In this document: positions 42,067-52,805 of the stretch, in pieces
Layout: each line of letters begins with the position of its first letter
Numbering within the stretch: position 1 is the first letter of the stretch
Virus record (IMG/VR): IMGVR_UViG_3300048625_000299
Coordinates: 1-64,000 of that record
Direction: 5' to 3' (one strand)
DNA length: 64,000 bases
Program-made: the position numbers and the translations under genes
Notes under the pieces: model-generated
What the model was told of the DNA's origin: nothing
Databases searched by the model: none
What the model saw: the letters and a program-made list of their open reading frames with translations, nothing else

Positions 42067-42987
42067 ATGAAACTTGCTTTATGTTCTGATCTGCATTTGG
42101 AATTCGGTCCTATCTCTTTGGAGAATACTGAAGGTGCAGACGTGTTGATTTTGTCTGGCGATATTTGTATCGCCAAAGAAGTGATGGACCACGATCCATA
42201 TGGATTAGTTCCAAACACTCGCAGCTCCATGTTCCACACATTCTTCCAAGAATGTAGCGCTCGTTTTCCTCATGTGATTTACATTGCAGGCAACCATGAG
42301 CACTATCATGGCGACTACGCCAAATCGCTTCCGAACCTTAAAGAACGACTCGCGTACCTGAAGAACGTCCATGTATTGGATAAAGAAGTGCGAGCCATCG
42401 GCGACGTCATCTTTATCGGTGGTACATTGTGGACAGACATGAACAAAGAAGACCCAAACACTTTGTTCACGATCAAAGGGTACATGAACGACTACAAGAT
42501 CATCGAAGATAGTAGTGAGGTAGTTCATTATAAGGTGTACCATGATAAGATGAAGAGTGTTGGCATGACTGATGAGGAGTGGGTCGCTCTTCCACCAGAA
42601 GAGCGTGTGTATGTTGAATTTAAGACACGCCCTGCCAAATTTTCACCCGAAAAGTCGGTAGAAGATCACAAGAAGATGCTGGAGTTTATTCGCACTACCA
42701 TCGCGACGAACCCGTTCAGCAAGTTTGTGATAGTCGGACATCACGCTCCATGCAAGATGTCTACAAAGCCGCAGTATGAAAAGGACGTAGTCGTTAATGG
42801 TGCGTATAGTTCTGATTTATCGGAGTTCATCTTGGACCATCCACAAATCAAGTTGTGGACGCATGGACATACCCATGATGTGTACGACTACCTAGTCGGC
42901 ACAACTCGAGTTGTATGTAATCCTCGCGGGTATATTGCATATGAAGATCGAGCAGACCGATTCGAACTCAAGTTCCTAGACGTTTGA
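42067..42987 (+). CDS. metallophosphoesterase
   Basis: SDLHLE, GD, GNHE, HH, HGHTH. Confidence 0.9.
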   Translation: MKLALCSDLHLEFGPISLENTEGADVLILSGDICIAKEVMDHDPYGLVPNTRSSMFHTFFQECSARFPHVIYIAGNHEHYHGDYAKSLPNLKERLAYLKNVHVLDKEVRAIGDVIFIGGTLWTDMNKEDPNTLFTIKGYMNDYKIIEDSSEVVHYKVYHDKMKSVGMTDEEWVALPPEERVYVEFKTRPAKFSPEKSVEDHKKMLEFIRTTIATNPFSKFVIVGHHAPCKMSTKPQYEKDVVVNGAYSSDLSEFILDHPQIKLWTHGHTHDVYDYLVGTTRVVCNPRGYIAYEDRADRFELKFLDV

Positions 42988-43048
42988 TTGTTGCCCCAGC
43001 GTATAATATCTCCGATAATGCGCTGGGGCCTTTTTATTGGAGCTTGTT

Positions 43049-43339
43049 ATGGAAAAAGAGTGGGTATTAGTCGAGACCATTAGCCAATTTCGTATGCGCT
43101 ACATGGTTCAGGTGCCAAAGGGTAGAGATACATGGGCATTAGACACCGTCACCCTAAACGAAGCAAAAGAATTCTCACAGCAACACTTGGGTGAGACTAT
43201 CGTTTCTCATCGCGTGCTGACTGAGAAAGCAGCACTGATCCAGTGCGATATTGATAATGATTATGTCTATGGCAAATGGACAGATGAACAAAAGATGAAT
43301 GCCTTCTTCACAGAAGAAGGTTATAAACCGGAAGACTAA
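43049..43339 (+). CDS. hypothetical protein
   Basis: GGAG RBS, abuts gp43. Confidence 0.7.
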   Translation: MEKEWVLVETISQFRMRYMVQVPKGRDTWALDTVTLNEAKEFSQQHLGETIVSHRVLTEKAALIQCDIDNDYVYGKWTDEQKMNAFFTEEGYKPED

Positions 43340-45853
43340 ATGAAATTTTACACGAACGTACACTTATACCGCAATGAAATCTTATTGAGAGGGTATGAGG
43401 ACGGTCAGCGTGTACAAAGATCTATAGCATATCAGCCGTATCTATTTGAACCAAATAAAGTATACCGAGAACGGGGCGTAGAGACCCCATATCGCACATT
43501 GCGTGGCGAGCCTCTCTACAAGCGAGATTTTGATTCAATGCGCGATGCGCGTGATTATGTTAAAGAGTATCGTGAGATAACAAACAAACAGATCTATGGG
43601 CTGACCAACTACCAATACGCATTTATCAACGACTCATATCCTGGCGCGATCGATTATGATCCGAAGATGATCTCTGTCGTTACACTCGACATTGAGACGT
43701 CCACACAGGGCGGATTCCCAGATATTGAGACAGCAAACCAATCAATCACAGCTATCACTGTTCGTAAGAACGGAATGTCGTTAGTACTTGGGTTGAGACC
43801 ATATACACCTAAGCTCGATGGTGTCAAATACTTCCACTGTAAGAGTGAAGAAGACCTGCTCGAAAAGTTTCTGACTATTTGGCAATCGAAGGAATTCTCA
43901 CCCGACGTTGTTACTGGATGGAACGTTGAGTTCTTCGATATTCCATACCTCGTCAATCGTATCCGTAGACAGCTTGGCGACAAGTCTGCTAAGCGTCTAT
44001 CGCCTTGGGGTATCTTGGAAGAACGTCAGCTTGAGATCATGGGTCGGATGTATACATGCTACATTCCTGTTGGCATCAGTATCCTCGACTACTTGCAAGC
44101 GTACAAGAAGTTCTCATTCTCACAACAAGAATCATTCAAGCTCGACCACATTGCATTCGTTGAACTCGGTGAGCGTAAGTTGGATTACTCTGAGTATGAA
44201 TCGATGCATGAGTTCTATGAGAAGGACTTCGAGAAGTACATCGACTATAACATCCATGACGTTATCTTGGTAGATAAGCTCGAAGACAAGCTGAAGTTCC
44301 TTGAACAGATCTTTGCTATTGCATATGACGGCCATGTCAACTTTGTCGATGCGTTCACGTCTGTGCGTATGTGGGATATTATTATCCACAACTACCTGCT
44401 ATCTCAAGGGATCGCTATTCCTATGACCAGCCGTCAAGAGAAGGACGGCCAGATCGTTGGTGCTTATGTTAAGGATCCGCAAGTCGGCATGCACGACTGG
44501 ACAGTATCATTTGACTTGAACAGTTTGTACCCACACTTGATCATGCAGTACAACATCTCACCTGAGACGTATGTCGGTCAGCTGCAAGGTTTGTCGATCG
44601 AGTCAATCCTCGATGGGGCATTAGATGAGCACCAAGAATATATGATCCAACAGAACGTTGCAGTTGCAGCTTCTGGGTGCATGTTCGATCGTGATCGTCA
44701 AGGGTTCCTGCCAGCACTGATGTTGAAGATGTATAACGATCGTGTGTTGTATAAGAAGCAGATGATTGCAGCCAAACAACAATATGAAAAGACGCCAACA
44801 TACGAGCTCGAGAAGGAAATCGCTCGCTGTCATAATATGCAGCTTGCTAAGAAGATTCAATTGAACTCAGCTTATGGTGCTCTCTCGAACGTATACTTCC
44901 GTTGGTTTGATATCGATCTCGCCGAGTCGATCACGAAGTCTGGTCAGCTGTCTATTCGTTGGATGGAACGTCACATCAACCAATACCTCAACAAGACGTT
45001 GAACACGACTGGCGTCGATTATGTGATTGCTTGTGACACGGACTCGATGTATTTGAAGCTCGGCAAGCTCGTCGAGCAAACATGCCAAGGTAAGTCGACA
45101 GACGAGATTGTTAAGTTCCTCGATAACGCATGCGAAAAGATATTCGAGCCATACATCGACAAGACGTATCAGAAACTCGCCGACTATGTTAATGCATATG
45201 ATCAGAAGATGAAGATGAAGCGTGAAGCTATCGCTGATAAGGGCATCTGGACTGCGAAGAAGCGTTATATCTTGAACGTGTATAATAACGAAGGTGTGCA
45301 GTACGCTGAGCCTAAGTTGAAGTTGTCTGGGATTGAAGCTGTTCGTTCATCTACGCCATCCGCTTGCCGTGATAACATTAAGGAAGCGCTGAAGGTTATT
45401 ATGAATGGAAAGGAAAGCGAGCTCGTTGACTTCGTACAGAATTTCAAAGAGCAGTATCAAAATCTACCATTTGAAGAGATTGCGTTTCCGCGTTCAGTTC
45501 GTGGATTGTCGAAGTATATCGACAGCACAACGATCTATCGTAAGTCGACTCCGATTCACGTTAAGGGTGCTTTGATATACAACCACATCCTAAGAGTGCG
45601 TGGGCTATCAAATAAATATCCTGTAATCGGTGAGGGTGAGAAGATTAAATTCTGCCATCTACGTCAGCCGAACCCAACAACAGCTACGGTGATAGGAGCT
45701 CCTGGTTCCATTCCACCCGAACTCAACCTCGAGCAATACATCGACCGAGAGGTACAGTTCAACAAATCTTTCGTTGAACCAATTAAGACAATCACGGATG
45801 CTATCGGCTGGAGTATTGAGGGTAAGCGTAATACGATCGAAGACTTTTTCTAA
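43340..45853 (+). CDS. gp43: family B DNA polymerase
   Basis: DIET, FDLNSLYP, KIQLNSAYG, DTDS, KKRY. Confidence 0.98.
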   Translation: MKFYTNVHLYRNEILLRGYEDGQRVQRSIAYQPYLFEPNKVYRERGVETPYRTLRGEPLYKRDFDSMRDARDYVKEYREITNKQIYGLTNYQYAFINDSYPGAIDYDPKMISVVTLDIETSTQGGFPDIETANQSITAITVRKNGMSLVLGLRPYTPKLDGVKYFHCKSEEDLLEKFLTIWQSKEFSPDVVTGWNVEFFDIPYLVNRIRRQLGDKSAKRLSPWGILEERQLEIMGRMYTCYIPVGISILDYLQAYKKFSFSQQESFKLDHIAFVELGERKLDYSEYESMHEFYEKDFEKYIDYNIHDVILVDKLEDKLKFLEQIFAIAYDGHVNFVDAFTSVRMWDIIIHNYLLSQGIAIPMTSRQEKDGQIVGAYVKDPQVGMHDWTVSFDLNSLYPHLIMQYNISPETYVGQLQGLSIESILDGALDEHQEYMIQQNVAVAASGCMFDRDRQGFLPALMLKMYNDRVLYKKQMIAAKQQYEKTPTYELEKEIARCHNMQLAKKIQLNSAYGALSNVYFRWFDIDLAESITKSGQLSIRWMERHINQYLNKTLNTTGVDYVIACDTDSMYLKLGKLVEQTCQGKSTDEIVKFLDNACEKIFEPYIDKTYQKLADYVNAYDQKMKMKREAIADKGIWTAKKRYILNVYNNEGVQYAEPKLKLSGIEAVRSSTPSACRDNIKEALKVIMNGKESELVDFVQNFKEQYQNLPFEEIAFPRSVRGLSKYIDSTTIYRKSTPIHVKGALIYNHILRVRGLSNKYPVIGEGEKIKFCHLRQPNPTTATVIGAPGSIPPELNLEQYIDREVQFNKSFVEPIKTITDAIGWSIEGKRNTIEDFF

Positions 45854-45861
45854 GGACACAA

Positions 45862-46149
45862 ATGGCTACAACTAATCTAGGTGATTTTGATTTCGGATTC
45901 ACCGCAGTTTCTGAGACAGAGCTGAAAGCAAAAGAGGCTCAACTACAACAAACTGTACAAGAGAAGAGCGCTGAGCTAGAAGAAGTATCTCGCACATATG
46001 AAGAGAAGCTCAATACATTATACAAGATGGTGATGCCTTTGCTGAAAAACTTAGCAAAGGATAGCGACAAGGACTACATCTTTTGGCCCGACCGTCAAAA
46101 GAAGATGGTTGACTTCATCGCTAAAGTCAACACACTAATGGAAAAGTGA
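45862..46149 (+). CDS. conserved hypothetical protein
   Basis: FDFGFTAV...YIFWPDR. Confidence 0.75.
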   Translation: MATTNLGDFDFGFTAVSETELKAKEAQLQQTVQEKSAELEEVSRTYEEKLNTLYKMVMPLLKNLAKDSDKDYIFWPDRQKKMVDFIAKVNTLMEK

Positions 46150-46150
46150 A

Positions 46151-47050
46151 ATGCTGAATTATCTCATGTTGCTGGTAGCATTAGCGCTATCTGCAGTTGC
46201 TGCATATTATTCGATTGCTGGATTGGTTGTGCTGTTCGCAGCCGCAGCTATCCCAGTGATGGTTATGGCATCGACTCTAGAGCTTGCTAAGGTCGTCGCA
46301 ACGTCATGGGTGTACCGTAACTGGCACACCGCCCCAAGAATAATCAAGTACTATCTCGTGATTGCTATCTTCATTCTGATGGCAATCACATCGATGGGTA
46401 TTTTTGGTTTCTTGAGTAAGGCTCATTTAGATCAAGCGATTCCTAGTGGCGACGTCGCTGCCAAGATCGGAATATATGATGAGAAGGTGAAGATCTCGAA
46501 GGACAATATAGATGCAAACCGCAAAGCTCTTAAACAACTTGATGAAGCGGTCGATCAGGTTATGGGCAGATCGACAGACGAAAAGGGTGCCGATAAAGCG
46601 GTGGCAATACGTCGATCGCAAAACAAAGACCGAGCAAGGCTCTTATTGGAGATCCAAACCGAACAGGCAACTATTAGTAAGATCATGGAAGAGTCGGCTC
46701 CACTTCGCGCAGAGGCTCGCAAGGTCGCTATCGAAGTTGGTCCAATAAAGTATGTTGCTGAATTGTTCTATGGCAGCTCTGATGCAGAGATCGTAGATAA
46801 GGCGGTGCGTTGGGTGATCGTTATGATTGTCGCTGTGTTTGATCCGATGGCGATCATTCTGCTAGTAGCAGCAAACCATTCACTAACGAATCCAATGGTG
46901 CCAGGCGCGCAACAACAAAATAAACTTGTCAAGGCCAAAATGCCGGATTGGTTGAGAACGGCCACCCGCGCAAAGCGTATGAAGAGGATTCACGAGAATC
47001 GCCGTAAGAATACAATCGAGATTGACAAGGCATCTATCTTTAAAATGTAA
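46151..47050 (+). CDS. membrane protein with coiled coil
   Basis: Several TM segments; GIFGFLSKAH, VGPIKY, VFDP. Confidence 0.75.
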   Translation: MLNYLMLLVALALSAVAAYYSIAGLVVLFAAAAIPVMVMASTLELAKVVATSWVYRNWHTAPRIIKYYLVIAIFILMAITSMGIFGFLSKAHLDQAIPSGDVAAKIGIYDEKVKISKDNIDANRKALKQLDEAVDQVMGRSTDEKGADKAVAIRRSQNKDRARLLLEIQTEQATISKIMEESAPLRAEARKVAIEVGPIKYVAELFYGSSDAEIVDKAVRWVIVMIVAVFDPMAIILLVAANHSLTNPMVPGAQQQNKLVKAKMPDWLRTATRAKRMKRIHENRRKNTIEIDKASIFKM

Positions 47051-47364
47051 TGTCGCCAGAGAAGTTAGCATCGCTTAATCGTGAGGTGGTTCAAGCGGGA
47101 ATATACATACAACCCAAGCTTCCGCCCTTAGCCAGCCATCCTAATGGACGAAATGGAATAGCTCACGTATATTCCGTCATCCAAATGGTGATGGGTGTGC
47201 CAATGAAGGAATGTAGAGATTGCCGATACCTCGATATCTCAAGTATCATAACATCACTGTACGCTGTTGCAGATGGGCACCTAACATTGAATGAAGCGGT
47301 TGAACGGTTGAAGCTTGAGAGAGAGCCCTACTGTGAGCCTGCAACGCTCGAAAAGTTTATATGA
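47050..47364 (+). CDS. hypothetical protein
   Basis: HPNGRN motif, TAATG-coupled. Confidence 0.6.
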   Translation: MSPEKLASLNREVVQAGIYIQPKLPPLASHPNGRNGIAHVYSVIQMVMGVPMKECRDCRYLDISSIITSLYAVADGHLTLNEAVERLKLEREPYCEPATLEKFI

Positions 47365-47409
47365 GTTGACTATAGCTAGTTAGCGTAGTATAGTATAATG
47401 GAGTTTATT

Positions 47410-47625
47410 ATGAAAATAGTTTTGGGATTACCCATTGCTCTAATGATGTACATCTTATTACAGGTCACATCTTTGCTAGCAAGGGGAATGGCGGTACTGT
47501 CTGTCGCTGTAGCAGCTGTCACTGTCAATATAATATTATGGACTGGATCACAATGGTTGATAGACCGAGTGTTAACTAGAATGTTGAATACAGATACAAA
47601 CGATAATACGAAGGAAATACAATGA
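47410..47625 (+). CDS. small membrane protein
   Basis: GGAG RBS, hydrophobic; follows TTGACT/TATAGT promoter. Confidence 0.55.
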   Translation: MKIVLGLPIALMMYILLQVTSLLARGMAVLSVAVAAVTVNIILWTGSQWLIDRVLTRMLNTDTNDNTKEIQ

Positions 47626-48689
47626 GCTTATTAGATAAAATACGCAAGAATACAACGATCAAAGACACCGACATACTAGCAAAATCTAAGTTCTTCACTA
47701 AGAAGGACATGATCCCAACAGCAATCCCAGCAATCAATGTGGCACTTAGCGGCCGCTTGGATGGTGGATTGACACCAGGCCTCACAATGTGGGCAGGCCC
47801 ATCAAAACACTTTAAGACTGCATTCAGCTTGCTGATGGCTAAGTCATATATGGACAAGTACCCAGAATCGGTCATGTTGTTCTATGACTCAGAATTCGGT
47901 ACACCGCAAGCATACTTCGATTCTTTCGGTATCGATACAGGACGTGTTGTCCACACTCCAATCACCGATGTTGAGCAATTGAAGTTCGACATCATGCAGC
48001 AATTGAACAACATCGAACGCAATGAGCGCGTGATCATCATCATCGACTCCATCGGCAACTTGGCTTCCAAGAAAGAAGTTGAAGATGCATTGGAAGGTAA
48101 GTCTGTTGGCGATATGTCTCGTGCCAAGCAAATCAAATCATTGTTCCGTATGGTTACACCACACTTGACAATGAAGGATATTCCGATGGTTGTCGTCAAC
48201 CACACATACAAGACTTTGGAATTATATTCTAAGGACGTCGTTGGTGGCGGTACTGGTTCATACTACTCTGCAGACAACATCTTCATCTTGGGTCGTCAGC
48301 AAGAAAAAGAAGGTACAGAAGTCGTTGGTTACAACTTCATTATCAACGTCGAGAAGTCGCGCCACGTACGTGAGAAGTCAAAGATCCCAGTTACAGTCAA
48401 GCATGATGGTGGTATCTCCACGTGGTCTGGCTTGCTCGACATGGCTCTTGAGTCTGGACACGTTGTTAAACCATCAAATGGTTGGTATAGCCGAGTCGAT
48501 GAAGATGGCGTCGTGGAAGATAAGAAGTGGCGTATCAAAGACACCGACTCTAAAGAGTTCTGGAGTCAGCTGATCACCGCTAAAGGCTTCCAAGAAGCTA
48601 TCAAGAACAAGTACCAAGTTGCTCACGGATCGATCATGTCGACTGAAGAGAGCATTGACGAAGAATTGAAAGCAATCCTAGAAGAATGA
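47622..48689 (+). CDS. uvsX: RecA-like recombinase
   Basis: GPSKHFKT, YDSEFG, DSIGNLASKKE. Confidence 0.97.
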   Translation: MSLLDKIRKNTTIKDTDILAKSKFFTKKDMIPTAIPAINVALSGRLDGGLTPGLTMWAGPSKHFKTAFSLLMAKSYMDKYPESVMLFYDSEFGTPQAYFDSFGIDTGRVVHTPITDVEQLKFDIMQQLNNIERNERVIIIIDSIGNLASKKEVEDALEGKSVGDMSRAKQIKSLFRMVTPHLTMKDIPMVVVNHTYKTLELYSKDVVGGGTGSYYSADNIFILGRQQEKEGTEVVGYNFIINVEKSRHVREKSKIPVTVKHDGGISTWSGLLDMALESGHVVKPSNGWYSRVDEDGVVEDKKWRIKDTDSKEFWSQLITAKGFQEAIKNKYQVAHGSIMSTEESIDEELKAILEE

Positions 48690-48865
48690 TACTAATGGCA
48701 CACACTACAGGAACACCCGCAAAACTGGTAACTAAGAAACCTAAGAAACCAAAGCAGGAGAAAGCTCCTGTAGTTGCTGTGTCTTTAGAGGATTATTACA
48801 GCACGACGCCGATACGACGCGATGAAATGAAGTGCTACCTACTGACGAAACCGAAAAAATAATAT

Positions 48866-50251
48866 ATGATTGAACAGGTGATTTTCGCCAACCTAGTTGG
48901 TAATGAAGAGTTTGCAAGAAAAGCCCTGCCATTCATCAAGACTGAATACTTCAAGAACCGACTAGACAAGGTCCTCTATGATATTATTCAGAAGTTCGTT
49001 GTCAATTACAATCAGCTGCCAACAAAGGCAGCATTGATTGTTGAAGCTGACAACCAAACTTCTTTGAACGACGATGAGTGCTCTAAACTAAAAGACCAGA
49101 TTGCTGCAATAGAGACCAGCAAAGTAGACCTACAATGGTTGTTGGATGAGACTGAAAAGTTCTGCCAAGACAAGGCGATCTACAACGCCATCTTTAAGAG
49201 CATCAGCATCATTGACGGAAAGAGCGACGATTCAAAAGGGTCGATCCCGCAAATCCTATCTGAAGCCTTGGCGATATCGTTCGACTCACACATCGGTCAC
49301 GATTTCTTAGAGGACTCAGAATCTCGCTATGACTTCTACCACAAGAAAGAGAAGCGTGTCGCGTTCGACATCGACTTCCTCAACCGAGTGACGAAGGGCG
49401 GCGTCCCAAACAAAACACTAAACATCATCCTTGCTGGTACTGGCGTTGGTAAGTCGTTGGCTATGTGTCACATGGCGGCTGCCAACCTAACCAAGGGATT
49501 GAATGTCCTCTACATTACAATGGAAATGGCAGAGGAAAGAATTGCTGAGCGTATCGATGCTAATTTACTAAATACGTCGTTAGATGAGTTAGAGATCATG
49601 CCGCGCGATGCCTATCAGAAAAAGATGGAACGCGTAAAGCAAACAACGAAAGGTAAACTGATCGTCAAAGAGTACCCAACCTCTTCTGCCGGATCAGCAA
49701 ACTTTCGCCACCTGTTGAACGAATTGAAGCTGAAGCGCAATTTTAAGCCTGATATCATCTATATCGACTACTTAAATATCTGTGCTTCATCAAGGATCAA
49801 ACATGGCGCGAACGTCAACTCGTACACTTACATTAAAGCAATTGCGGAGGAGTTACGTGGTTTGGCGGTCGAGTTCGATGTACCGATTTGGAGTGCGACT
49901 CAAACTACTCGCTCTGGATTTTCAAGTTCAGACGTTGGCCTCGAAGATACAAGTGAATCGTTCGGACTCCCAGCAACCGCCGACTTTATGATTGCATTGA
50001 TCTCTACGGAAGAATTGGCTGAACTGAACCAGATCCTGATCAAACAGCTGAAAAACCGTTATGCAGATCCTGGCAACTACCGTAAGTTCATTGTCGGCGT
50101 AGATCGTTCCAAAATGAAGCTATACGACGTCGAACAACATGCTCAAGACGACTTGGTTGATTCGGGACCTGCGTTCGACAACACAGATTCTGGTAAACGA
50201 GTGGGCCAAGAACGCAAGTTTGACAAAGACAAATTCAAAGGGTTCAATTGA
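48866..50251 (+). CDS. gp41: replicative helicase
   Basis: AGTGVGKS, EMAEERI, IDYLNI, SESFGLP. Confidence 0.97.
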   Translation: MIEQVIFANLVGNEEFARKALPFIKTEYFKNRLDKVLYDIIQKFVVNYNQLPTKAALIVEADNQTSLNDDECSKLKDQIAAIETSKVDLQWLLDETEKFCQDKAIYNAIFKSISIIDGKSDDSKGSIPQILSEALAISFDSHIGHDFLEDSESRYDFYHKKEKRVAFDIDFLNRVTKGGVPNKTLNIILAGTGVGKSLAMCHMAAANLTKGLNVLYITMEMAEERIAERIDANLLNTSLDELEIMPRDAYQKKMERVKQTTKGKLIVKEYPTSSAGSANFRHLLNELKLKRNFKPDIIYIDYLNICASSRIKHGANVNSYTYIKAIAEELRGLAVEFDVPIWSATQTTRSGFSSSDVGLEDTSESFGLPATADFMIALISTEELAELNQILIKQLKNRYADPGNYRKFIVGVDRSKMKLYDVEQHAQDDLVDSGPAFDNTDSGKRVGQERKFDKDKFKGFN

Positions 50252-50452
50252 GATTCCTAACATTATTAGGTGCGTGGGTGGTGATTTTCCCGATAAAACT
50301 GCTAGTTTTGTTGTTTGAGATCGCCTGCCTCACAATAGAATTACCGGCTCAAGTGTGGAGTGATTTGGAAGAGATCCTAGATGATATACATAGAAGTGGG
50401 TAGTTCAGCAACTCACTGATAGGTACGTATGAGAAGATGTAGGAAGCCTAAA

Positions 50453-50923
50453 ATGGATCTCGAAATAACAGGAATCAAGTCCAAACGCGAGCAGGTAATC
50501 ATAGAAGACGCAATGACGTTTTACCTATGCAAACTCCTTCCCCATAGGATTACTAAGTCCCTAATCATAGACCTAGCTTTCAGCAAAAAGCTGGATGATG
50601 ATGCAGACGGATACTGCATGGTTACTGGGTATAATACCAAGAAACGCGCTCGTGAGTTTGAAATCGATGTCCAAAATAACCCGTCGATGAGGTATAAACT
50701 GATGACGCTTGCGCACGAATGTGTGCATCTCAAGCAATATGCGCTTGGCGAAATCGATGAAAAAATGAACACCTGGAAGGGTGTTAGAATATCTAATTCG
50801 GTGGATTACTGGGATTCTCCATGGGAAATCGAAGCACATGGCCGTGAGCGCGGCCTTTATATACGTTTTTGTGAAGCATATGGCCTCAAATTCCCAATCA
50901 CCCAAAAAGAACGCGACGCGTAA
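50453..50923 (+). CDS. HExxH metallopeptidase-like protein
   Basis: LAHECVHLKQ, PWEIEA. Confidence 0.75.
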   Translation: MDLEITGIKSKREQVIIEDAMTFYLCKLLPHRITKSLIIDLAFSKKLDDDADGYCMVTGYNTKKRAREFEIDVQNNPSMRYKLMTLAHECVHLKQYALGEIDEKMNTWKGVRISNSVDYWDSPWEIEAHGRERGLYIRFCEAYGLKFPITQKERDA

Positions 50924-51139
50924 GACGTTCAGGTTGGTATCGCTGGAACCCATTCATATGAATGGGTGGATAGTGCAATCCAACGTGCTTAACAACGTAA
51001 CCATCTGTATTATGCTATACAATACAGTCACATTCGAATGCCTCATTAGGTATTTCCGAGATGAGGTGGAAGCACATATGTTCTTTACAGATGTGGTTCA
51101 TGGAAGCGGTGATCCGCTATCAGACGAATATTAAGTGAT

Positions 51140-51147
51140 TATAAATA
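51140..51147 (+). promoter_or_regulatory. late promoter TATAAATA
   Basis: Consensus before virion gene block. Confidence 0.8.
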
Positions 51148-51192
51148 GATTACTATCAGTATAGGCTAAGGCAAACCTGAACAGGAATCACA

Positions 51193-52227
51193 ATGAAGAA
51201 AACGAAATCCCAACCAGGGAAGCAAAAAGCTGCCCCTGCGTCCAAGACAACCAAGCAAAAGGCCGGCACTACGCTGCTCGGAACCCCTGCTGATCTGGTT
51301 GTAGTTAACCCCGAAGATAAAAGATTAAACGAAAAAGTTGTCAACATGACAACTCGCATGCATCGTGCCGTCAGTGCAAGAAAGAATAAATCACGTCTTT
51401 CTCGTGCTCGCGAACTTGCGCGCCACCGCCTAGCTAAAGCACCAGCTCTTTCACGCCGGTCGATGAAAAGAGCGAAGAACATCCTTCGCAACCGTCTTGC
51501 TGGCCAAGCTGGCAAGAATTATAGCACCCTCACAGTATCGCAAAAGATTGCTATTGATAAGATGGTCGACCGTAAAAAGGGTGCAATCAAGAAAATTGCA
51601 TTGAAGATTGCACCTAGAATCAAGGGTGACGAAATGCGTAGATTGCAAGCTGCAACGGCAGGCAAGAGCTATAAGACATCAACACTCGTCGTATCATCAT
51701 TCCAACAACTCGCGGCTAATATGCTGACTGAGAAAGAACAGCGAGCGATCATCGAGAAAGCAGAAGCGTCTGGTTTCAATTACGAAACGTTGCTATCAGT
51801 ATTCAATCGTGGCAAGACGGCTTTCAATAAAACAAACACAGCACCAGGCAAAACGCCAAGCCAATATGCGTTTGATAGATTGAATTCATATATCAAGGGC
51901 GGCAAAGCCTTTAAAGAGGATGTAGATTTGCACGAACAAGTCAAACCGACGATCAGAGATATACTTGCAAAGGGCATGCATACAGCCCGTAATATCGAAA
52001 CAATCGATACAAAGAACATCAAACCAGTTCAACCGGCTGCACAACATGCAGCTCACATCAAGGACACTAACGACGATCCTGAAGATGTAAAGAAGAGAAA
52101 GCGTGCAAACATCATTAGACGCAAAACGACTGAGTATGTGCGTAAGGTAGTTGAGGCACGTGGCGTGAGAGACACAACTAGCCCATCTCTTTCCGAATCA
52201 GTTGCAGCTCTAGTAAAGGTAAAATAA
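51193..52227 (+). CDS. basic late protein, putative internal head protein
   Basis: Late promoter; K/R-rich; VFNRG...QYAFDRLNSYI. Confidence 0.65.
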   Translation: MKKTKSQPGKQKAAPASKTTKQKAGTTLLGTPADLVVVNPEDKRLNEKVVNMTTRMHRAVSARKNKSRLSRARELARHRLAKAPALSRRSMKRAKNILRNRLAGQAGKNYSTLTVSQKIAIDKMVDRKKGAIKKIALKIAPRIKGDEMRRLQAATAGKSYKTSTLVVSSFQQLAANMLTEKEQRAIIEKAEASGFNYETLLSVFNRGKTAFNKTNTAPGKTPSQYAFDRLNSYIKGGKAFKEDVDLHEQVKPTIRDILAKGMHTARNIETIDTKNIKPVQPAAQHAAHIKDTNDDPEDVKKRKRANIIRRKTTEYVRKVVEARGVRDTTSPSLSESVAALVKVK

Positions 52228-52772
52228 TGGAACAACTAATCATCAAAATGAATGAACTGCAGGCCACGACGTTTGCGTTCTACCTCAAAGCACATAACTT
52301 CCATTGGAATGTCCGTGGAAAAGATTTCAGCCAGCTCCATGAATTCTTCGGTGACCTGTACGCCGAAGTGTGGGGTGCTGTAGACACGACTGCTGAACAA
52401 ATTAGAGCACTAGGCTCCCCTGTTGCAGGTGCACTAGGCGTATATCAAAGCCAATCGCGCATCAACGATGAAATGGGTGTCCCATCCGCTGCAGCTATGA
52501 TATTCTCACTCTACTACGACAACAATACTGTAATCGATGTCCTCAACGAAGCACACGAACTAGCAACAATTAATAAGCAATATGGTCTTATTAATTTCAT
52601 CGAAGGCCGTCTTGATACACATAAGAAGCATGGTTGGATGTTGAGCGCCAGCATGGATACTCCTGTTGCCGAGCAAGCTGAGTCTAGCACTGCTGTAGTC
52701 GAAGAAAATATCCAAGAAATAGAATCACTGACGGAAGAAGTGAAAACATACTTCCTGAATCCAGAACAATAA
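52227..52772 (+). CDS. dps: Dps/ferritin-like protein
   Basis: HNFHWNVRG, LHEFF, AEQIRALG, HKKHGWML. Confidence 0.88.
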   Translation: MEQLIIKMNELQATTFAFYLKAHNFHWNVRGKDFSQLHEFFGDLYAEVWGAVDTTAEQIRALGSPVAGALGVYQSQSRINDEMGVPSAAAMIFSLYYDNNTVIDVLNEAHELATINKQYGLINFIEGRLDTHKKHGWMLSASMDTPVAEQAESSTAVVEENIQEIESLTEEVKTYFLNPEQ

Positions 52773-52805
52773 ATAATACAACATTTTAATTAACTAAGGA
52801 ACAAA

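Noticed and set aside
43340-50251. Inteins or group I introns in gp43, uvsX or gp41
   Set aside because: The ORFs are continuous and of normal length with no splicing motifs.
51160-51190. GGCAAACC resembling a c-di-GMP-I riboswitch
   Set aside because: The second hairpin and the rest of the consensus are absent; it is only a short leader hairpin after a late promoter.
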